IMG/VR virus record: IMGVR_UViG_3300034378_000239
DNA: 20,000 bases
Origin: an uncultured virus (IMG/VR IMGVR_UViG_3300034378_000239)
Lineage: Duplodnaviria > Heunggongvirae > Uroviricota > Caudoviricetes
Reading direction: 5' to 3' (one strand)
This document shows, piece by piece, positions 15,223 to 20,000 of the stretch; position 1 is the stretch's first letter, and the number at the start of each line of letters is the position of its first letter. Position numbers and translations under genes: made by a program. The notes under the pieces were generated by a model that worked only from the letters and a program-made list of their open reading frames with translations, did no database searches and was not told the DNA's origin.

Positions 15223-15738
15223 TGCCCGGTAGGAGGCGCCGCGACCGTGGCCCTGCTTTTTGATCGTCTTGGCGCCGAGGAGCCTTTGGATCGCGGGCCG
15301 AAATTGCCCCTCGGGGATCTTGGCACCCGCGATGATCTCGCGCTTGGTCGCGCTCGACGTCCCGGCGAGAAACGCAGCAATCTTGCCGTCCACGTTATTC
15401 GGGTCGGAGCTCGAAACCACTCGAGGTGGTGCGCTCTTCTTTGATGATTTCGCTTTGGTTTTTGCCTTGGTCTTGACTTTGCGCTTTTTGCGGCCGTTTT
15501 TGGCCTGGGCCGGTTTTCTTGAGGTTTTCAGGGGCGTGGGCCTGGGCGCGCGGGCGTGCTCGAGAACCTCTTCGAACGTCATGGTCTTGAGCGCCTCGAG
15601 CGCGACGTCGTCGCCCTCGAGATAGGTTTCGAGCGTCTCGATCGTCATCTTGGGATTCGCGGCGATGAGCTCGCAGATCGCGGCTTTGTGCGCACCGCTC
15701 CGAAACGCCTCGAAATCCGCCATTACGTGATCCGCCAT
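15217..15738 (-). CDS. Basic DNA-binding protein: acidic N-domain, Lys-rich linker and C-terminal winged-helix-like domain
   Basis: AAAGGA SD; KNGRKKRKVKTKAKTKAK; KREIIAGAKI...AIQRLLGAKTIKKQGHGRGASY. Confidence 0.65.
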   Translation of the reverse strand: MADHVMADFEAFRSGAHKAAICELIAANPKMTIETLETYLEGDDVALEALKTMTFEEVLEHARAPRPTPLKTSRKPAQAKNGRKKRKVKTKAKTKAKSSKKSAPPRVVSSSDPNNVDGKIAAFLAGTSSATKREIIAGAKIPEGQFRPAIQRLLGAKTIKKQGHGRGASYRAA

Positions 15739-15775
15739 CTCGACTATTCCTTTGTGTGGGGGTTTGGGATGCGGC

Positions 15776-15804
15776 GTTATAACCAATCCCCCAAAGGCTG
15801 TAAA
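15776..15804 (-). promoter_or_regulatory. Putative sigma70-type promoter
   Basis: TTTACA-17 nt-TATAAC in an AT-richer gap. Confidence 0.55.
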
Positions 15805-15843
15805 GAAAAAGGCTCGAACGGATCGAGGGCGAGCGCGGACGTG

Positions 15844-16281
15844 TCAGGGAATTGGCGTCCACTTCCGCAGCACGTAGTCATTGAACTCCTGGTTGTGCCA
15901 GCAGTTTCGTTGCCACTGGTGCGCGTTCGCCGGGGGCGGCCACGGCGCTTCGGGAAAGAGGGCCTCGAGCGCGCACACCTTGACGCGCCAGACCTCCAGG
16001 CTCGAGCCCGTGCCCCCGATTTCGGCGAAGCACTCGTCGACCGCGGCTTCATACCCGGTCATGAAACGATCGTAGTAGTTTTCGGGGAACGGCGCGGGCT
16101 CGGGGACGGGCTGGCCCACGTCTCCCGGTCCCCAAACCGGCGGCGTACCTTCGGGCACGGGCGGCTCGGGTACCGGCACGGGTGCTGCCGCAAGGTCCAT
16201 TTCGTCTCTCTTCTTCTTTCCCAAAAGCACCGCCGCACCAACCGCGATGATCACCAGGATCGGAATGAGTGGGGACGCCAT
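15844..16281 (-). CDS. Membrane-anchored protein with a Pro-rich linker
   Basis: MASPLIPILVIIAVGAAVLLGKKKR, PVPVPEPPVPE; AAGGA SD. Confidence 0.75.
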   Translation of the reverse strand: MASPLIPILVIIAVGAAVLLGKKKRDEMDLAAAPVPVPEPPVPEGTPPVWGPGDVGQPVPEPAPFPENYYDRFMTGYEAAVDECFAEIGGTGSSLEVWRVKVCALEALFPEAPWPPPANAHQWQRNCWHNQEFNDYVLRKWTPIP

Positions 16282-16293
16282 CTTGCTATCCTT

Positions 16294-17805
16294 TCACTTT
16301 CTGCTTGCGAAAAACGCGAGCGCCGCCAGACCGAGGCCCGCGAGCGCGACCGACGCGCCGCTCGACGGCTGGGCGCCGGCATGAAAGGCCGGGAGCTTTT
16401 TGGCCTTTGCGATGGCGAGGGTCCGCCGCTCGGCTTGCCCGGCGATCTTGTCGGTGGGCGCGCATGCGGGGGTGCCGACGCCGCGGCTTATGAGCTCGCG
16501 ACGAAACGCCTCATCGCGCACGTTTGCGAGGTCGACGACGCAGCGCGCCGGATGGTCGAGAAGCTTTCTTCTGCTGTCCTCGCAAAGCGCCCAGAGCTCG
16601 GAGTCGGCCCTGAGCGCGGCGAAATCGCGGGTGACGTATGCGCAGGTGAGCGTTTTGAGCGCCCCGCGCTGGTGCTCCTTGAGCTTTTTCAGCTCGAGGA
16701 CCGGACGTGAGGTCTCGACGCCGTACGCTTGCCAGTCGCCTTCGGGGTCGTCCGGATGAAACCGGCGCCAGCCGACGCCCTCCCAGACCCCGTCCTGACC
16801 CGGATCGTTCATCTTGTTCGTGAAGATCCGCTTTTGCACCACGGAAAGGTCTCCGGTCGACTGCAGCCAATCGCGGAGGTTGCCGAGATAGACACGCCAG
16901 TTGTACGCGCAAAGGTCGCTATCGACGCAAAACATGGCCGGCGAGTTCTTGGTGACGAAGCCCCACGCGGAAACGCACATGTTGCGGAGGGAGGGAAGAT
17001 ACGTGCCCGTGTCCAAAAAGACCGCGGGAGCCTCGTGCCACTCGTACATCCTCGTGACGAGCTCGGTGCCGGGCGCATAGCCGAGCCAGTTCGCCTGCCA
17101 CTCGATGGACGGATCGCGAAGCGCCGCGCTCATTACGCGAAAGCCGCCGGGGAAGTTCACCCGTTCGAACTGCGCGCCGTCCGGCCTTCTCGCCCCGAGA
17201 CCGGGCGGCGAGAAGATGTCGGCCCAATCGACAGACGAATACATGTGCGCGCAAACGGAGGACGCGGACAGGTTGTCGAGCTCGGTCGAAAACGCCGCGG
17301 GCCGGTCGAGGCGCTCGGCGTTCTCATCGCCCTTGCGCGAGAGCTTGACGAGGTCGTGGATCGCCTTTCCGATCCCCCACGCGATCGAGATCGCCCAGCC
17401 CACGACCGGCACGACGGACGCGAGGTCGACGGCCGTGGTCAGCATCTTGTCCATGGATCCGCGAAGCGCCTTGCTCGAAAGGTTCTGCAGATCCACACCG
17501 AGCTCGCGGACGAGCGGATCGACCATGTCGAGCGAGATCTCGTCGAGCTCCATGGCCTCGACCATCTTTTCGAACGCGCGACCGGCGGGATAGCCGACGT
17601 TCGATGCGATCGCCCCGAGCGACTTCTGGGTGCCTTGTTGCCAGATCTGAACGGAAGCAGCGGTGAGGCGTCCCTTGGCCAGCGCGCCGGCGAGCTTGAC
17701 GTCACGTGATGCCGCGAGGTCCTGCCAATCCGGGAGCTTGGTCCGGACCGGCTCGGTGACGCGTAGGTTTCGAATGATCGCCGCGTCTGCAGGGATGATC
17801 GGCAT
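16294..17805 (-). CDS. 503-aa hypothetical protein with an internal hydrophobic segment and a C-terminal TM anchor; possible virion/membrane protein
   Basis: Long GC3-rich ORF; VVPVVGWAISIAWGIG; SVALAGLGLAALAFFASRK at the C-terminus. Confidence 0.75.
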   Translation of the reverse strand: MPIIPADAAIIRNLRVTEPVRTKLPDWQDLAASRDVKLAGALAKGRLTAASVQIWQQGTQKSLGAIASNVGYPAGRAFEKMVEAMELDEISLDMVDPLVRELGVDLQNLSSKALRGSMDKMLTTAVDLASVVPVVGWAISIAWGIGKAIHDLVKLSRKGDENAERLDRPAAFSTELDNLSASSVCAHMYSSVDWADIFSPPGLGARRPDGAQFERVNFPGGFRVMSAALRDPSIEWQANWLGYAPGTELVTRMYEWHEAPAVFLDTGTYLPSLRNMCVSAWGFVTKNSPAMFCVDSDLCAYNWRVYLGNLRDWLQSTGDLSVVQKRIFTNKMNDPGQDGVWEGVGWRRFHPDDPEGDWQAYGVETSRPVLELKKLKEHQRGALKTLTCAYVTRDFAALRADSELWALCEDSRRKLLDHPARCVVDLANVRDEAFRRELISRGVGTPACAPTDKIAGQAERRTLAIAKAKKLPAFHAGAQPSSGASVALAGLGLAALAFFASRK

Positions 17806-17826
17806 GACAAGAGCGTACCATAGCTC

Positions 17827-18003
17827 TCAGCCTGAGTCCTCGCGCCCACACACCGTGCACCGCCAACCCTTTTGGCACGCGTTGAACAGACGCTTGCCGG
17901 GCCCGTAGCGGTCGTCCTGGTAGGCGTCTTGGCACGTGCACCTGCGCACGGCCGTGCCGGACGTTGTTCGCGGGGCCTCGATGACGGCTCGTTTCGGCTC
18001 CAT
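17827..18003 (-). CDS. 58-aa Cys-rich, probably Zn-binding phage protein
   Basis: CTC...YQDDRYGPGKRLFN...RCTVCG; TGAGGAC-ATG coupling. Confidence 0.7.
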   Translation of the reverse strand: MEPKRAVIEAPRTTSGTAVRRCTCQDAYQDDRYGPGKRLFNACQKGWRCTVCGREDSG

Positions 18004-18007
18004 GTCC

Positions 18008-18517
18008 TCAGGCATCTTTGACCTCATCGGTTATGAGCGCGGCGAGTTCCTCGGGCGAAAGGGCGCCCGCGCACGGCGTTGACGGCGGGATCGCTGGAGG
18101 CTGGAGGCCGAGCCGCTCGCAGAAGCTCGAAACGTCCTCGTCGCTGAGGTTTTCGGCGACGTGTTTCGTGCACGCCCGGCAGTATGCGATCTGGGCGTCG
18201 AGAAGGAGGTTCAGGGCGACGTAGTCTTCTTGCGAACGGGCGGACATTATGGCGCCGGTCAGGTAGCTGTAGACGCCGGTCGCGACCTCGGCGTCCGCGC
18301 ATCCGGGAACGAGCACGCCGGCGCCCCCGCATTCCGAGCACGGGCGCGGAGCCTGGGCGTCCGTAATGACGAACCCGTCGGCCGCCTCGTTGGCTTCCAT
18401 CATATGGAACTGGGCCGAGCCCGAGCCCTCGCAGCGCCAGCATGTACGGGTGGCGAGACGGATCGCGGCGAAGAGGCAGTCGGAAAGAAAGTCTTCTGCA
18501 GAAGGCATCGGTCTCAC
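18008..18517 (-). CDS. Protein with DnaJ-type CxxCxGxG zinc-finger repeats
   Basis: CWRCEGSG and CSECGGAG; GTGA overlap with the upstream gene. Confidence 0.7.
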   Translation of the reverse strand: MRPMPSAEDFLSDCLFAAIRLATRTCWRCEGSGSAQFHMMEANEAADGFVITDAQAPRPCSECGGAGVLVPGCADAEVATGVYSYLTGAIMSARSQEDYVALNLLLDAQIAYCRACTKHVAENLSDEDVSSFCERLGLQPPAIPPSTPCAGALSPEELAALITDEVKDA

Positions 18518-18780
18518 GACGCTTTGCTCGGTGCGCTCTCAAGCTGGGCGTACCACACGGGCTCGAGCTCGGCCCAGACGCGTACGATGAAGGTGGTGCC
18601 GTCTTCGGCTCTTACCGCGATCGGCTGGGCGGTCCTTGCACTGTCGTACAGGCCGTCGATCCAGCCGTCGTGATCGTCCTGGGCATACATCTTCGCGGCC
18701 TCGAAAACGTCGAGGGCATGGTAGGTCGAGGCGTCGGTCTCGTCGCCGTTTATGGTGTCCCAGACCTCGTATTTCGGCAT
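18514..18780 (-). CDS. Small acidic hypothetical phage protein
   Basis: TGAGGACGCC-ATG start; normal codon usage. Confidence 0.7.
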   Translation of the reverse strand: MPKYEVWDTINGDETDASTYHALDVFEAAKMYAQDDHDGWIDGLYDSARTAQPIAVRAEDGTTFIVRVWAELEPVWYAQLESAPSKAS

Positions 18781-18787
18781 GGCGTCC

Positions 18788-19003
18788 TCAGGGCTTTCGG
18801 ATCTTCTGACTTACCCACCACTTCTTTACCATGATTGTGCGCGGCTTTCCGGGCGAGGGCTCGCCGCCCTCCCAGCACGCGACGCCGAAGCCAATCGGGC
18901 CCGACCAGCCCTTTTTCTTGCCGGCCGTGATCTTCACGATCCACGACCCGGGCGCGCGGCGCAAGAGCACGGCCTCGAAACGCTCGTAGTCGTCGGGGAT
19001 CAT
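18788..19003 (-). CDS. 71-aa hypothetical protein
   Basis: GAAGGACC-ATGA coupling. Confidence 0.6.
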   Translation of the reverse strand: MIPDDYERFEAVLLRRAPGSWIVKITAGKKKGWSGPIGFGVACWEGGEPSPGKPRTIMVKKWWVSQKIRKP

Positions 19004-19638
19004 GGTCCTTCTGGTGTCGAATGCTTTGCGGAGCGATCCTTGTGCGCCTCAAGAACCTTGTGGGCCTCTGCAAGTGCGTCCGCAGCCCAGTCGCCGGAAG
19101 GATGGCGGTCCTCTGCGACCGCAAGCAGCTTTTCGATAGCGGTCGCCATGGTGTTGGTGTGGCCCTCCCACACCTCGGCTTCTTCGGCCATGAGGGCCAT
19201 CAGGCCGAGCGCCTTTTTGGCGACCGCCCCCGCGTTTCGATGGGCTGTCTCCATGGCCTCCAGCATTTCGTCTCGCTGGAACAGAACGCGGTCTGGCTCC
19301 AGCATGTCATCCCACAGGATGCGTCTGCGTTCTTCGTCCGTCATGGTCCCTCTTTTCGTTTGGGAGCGATCCTTGAGGACGCCGCCTCGTTCGAGGACTG
19401 CACGGACCACGGCCAGTGGGATCGCGTGCCAAGAGGGGCTCGCGCCCTCCGCGTCTGGAGGATGCGGGCCGACCACCAGGACGGGCTCGTCGCCCTCCTC
19501 GTCATCGTGCTCGATGTAGACTGCCCGGCTGTCCCCGGAGCCGCCCTCGGCCATCCAGTCGATCTTGCACCGTGGACACGAGCTCCAGCTCCATCCGGGG
19601 GGAAGCGGAGGAGGCTTCGTGGCTTCTGGGTCGGTCAT
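19000..19638 (-). CDS. Hypothetical protein, probably an in-frame fusion of two genes (second start at 19344)
   Basis: Internal junction motif with SD GAGGGACC-ATG at 19341-19373. Confidence 0.6.
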   Translation of the reverse strand: MTDPEATKPPPLPPGWSWSSCPRCKIDWMAEGGSGDSRAVYIEHDDEEGDEPVLVVGPHPPDAEGASPSWHAIPLAVVRAVLERGGVLKDRSQTKRGTMTDEERRRILWDDMLEPDRVLFQRDEMLEAMETAHRNAGAVAKKALGLMALMAEEAEVWEGHTNTMATAIEKLLAVAEDRHPSGDWAADALAEAHKVLEAHKDRSAKHSTPEGP

Positions 19639-19892
19639 GGTCTTGGTTTCCTATCGCGCTCCAACGCTCTCAAGAGAGTTACTGGGTCAACCTTGTATGC
19701 CCTCGAGAATGCCAGTACTTCCTCGCCTGGAATGCCCAGCTGACCGTTTTCGATCATGATGACGCTTCGGCGGCTTCGTCGGGTGAGCTCGACGATGTCT
19801 ATTTGGGACAGGCCAAGGGCCTCGCGGGCTTCCGTCAAAAGTCTGGAAGTGCGCGTGAGCTTGGAAGCGCGGCGATGATACGGCTCTATCAT
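19635..19892 (-). CDS. XRE/Cro-C1-type helix-turn-helix transcriptional regulator
   Basis: LLTEAREALGLSQIDIVELTRRSRRSVIMIENG...LAFSRAYKV; AGGAGGGACC-ATG start. Confidence 0.8.
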   Translation of the reverse strand: MIEPYHRRASKLTRTSRLLTEAREALGLSQIDIVELTRRSRRSVIMIENGQLGIPGEEVLAFSRAYKVDPVTLLRALERDRKPRP

Positions 19893-20000
19893 GGTCCCTC
19901 CTGGTTGGGGGAGCGATCCTCGGGCCAAGAAGTGCTGGCAAGCAACGCGAAGCAACGCCCATCGGAGACCAGGGCGACTGCGAGGCAATCATCGCACGTA
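19889..20000 (-). CDS. 3' end of a gene entering from beyond the window (...TCDDCLAV...EDRSPNQEGP*)
   Basis: Open frame ending in an ATGA overlap with the HTH gene. Confidence 0.4.
   Translation of the reverse strand, partial: TCDDCLAVALVSDGRCFALLASTSWPEDRSPNQEGP

Larger units (their letters stand above)
6722..19920 (-). repeat. Dispersed gene-junction repeat AGGATCGCT-N14-23-GGACCATGA (4 copies plus 1 degenerate)
   Basis: Copies at 6722-6753, 19000-19040, 19341-19373 and 19889-19920; degenerate copy at 7426-7442. Confidence 0.7.

Overview
High-GC fragment of a phage or phage-like replicon. No housekeeping operons, and no capsid, terminase or integrase gene, are visible in the window. From left to right: (1) a charged low-complexity ORF; (2) a dyad-symmetric iteron origin (12 copies of GTCGAGTAG around an AT-rich core) directly downstream of a 936-aa Prim-Pol/helicase gene that has a structured leader and a coupled 23-aa uORF; (3) a minus-strand run of small early-type genes whose spacers hold a type II hammerhead-like ribozyme and a tRNA-like element, with one gene split by an ~0.8 kb foreign operon fragment; (4) a C5 DNA methyltransferase with a second MTase-like ORF nested in its +1 frame; (5) a cluster of envelope-active enzymes, most of them membrane-anchored (amidase, lytic transglycosylase, alpha/beta esterase, permuted papain-like enzyme), plus an IscS-type cysteine desulfurase and an N4/N6 MTase, several apparently transcribed as leaderless mRNAs; (6) further small genes including an XRE HTH regulator. 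Two families of repeated gene-junction sequences were found by eye. All calls come from reading motifs only; no database searches or folding programs were run.
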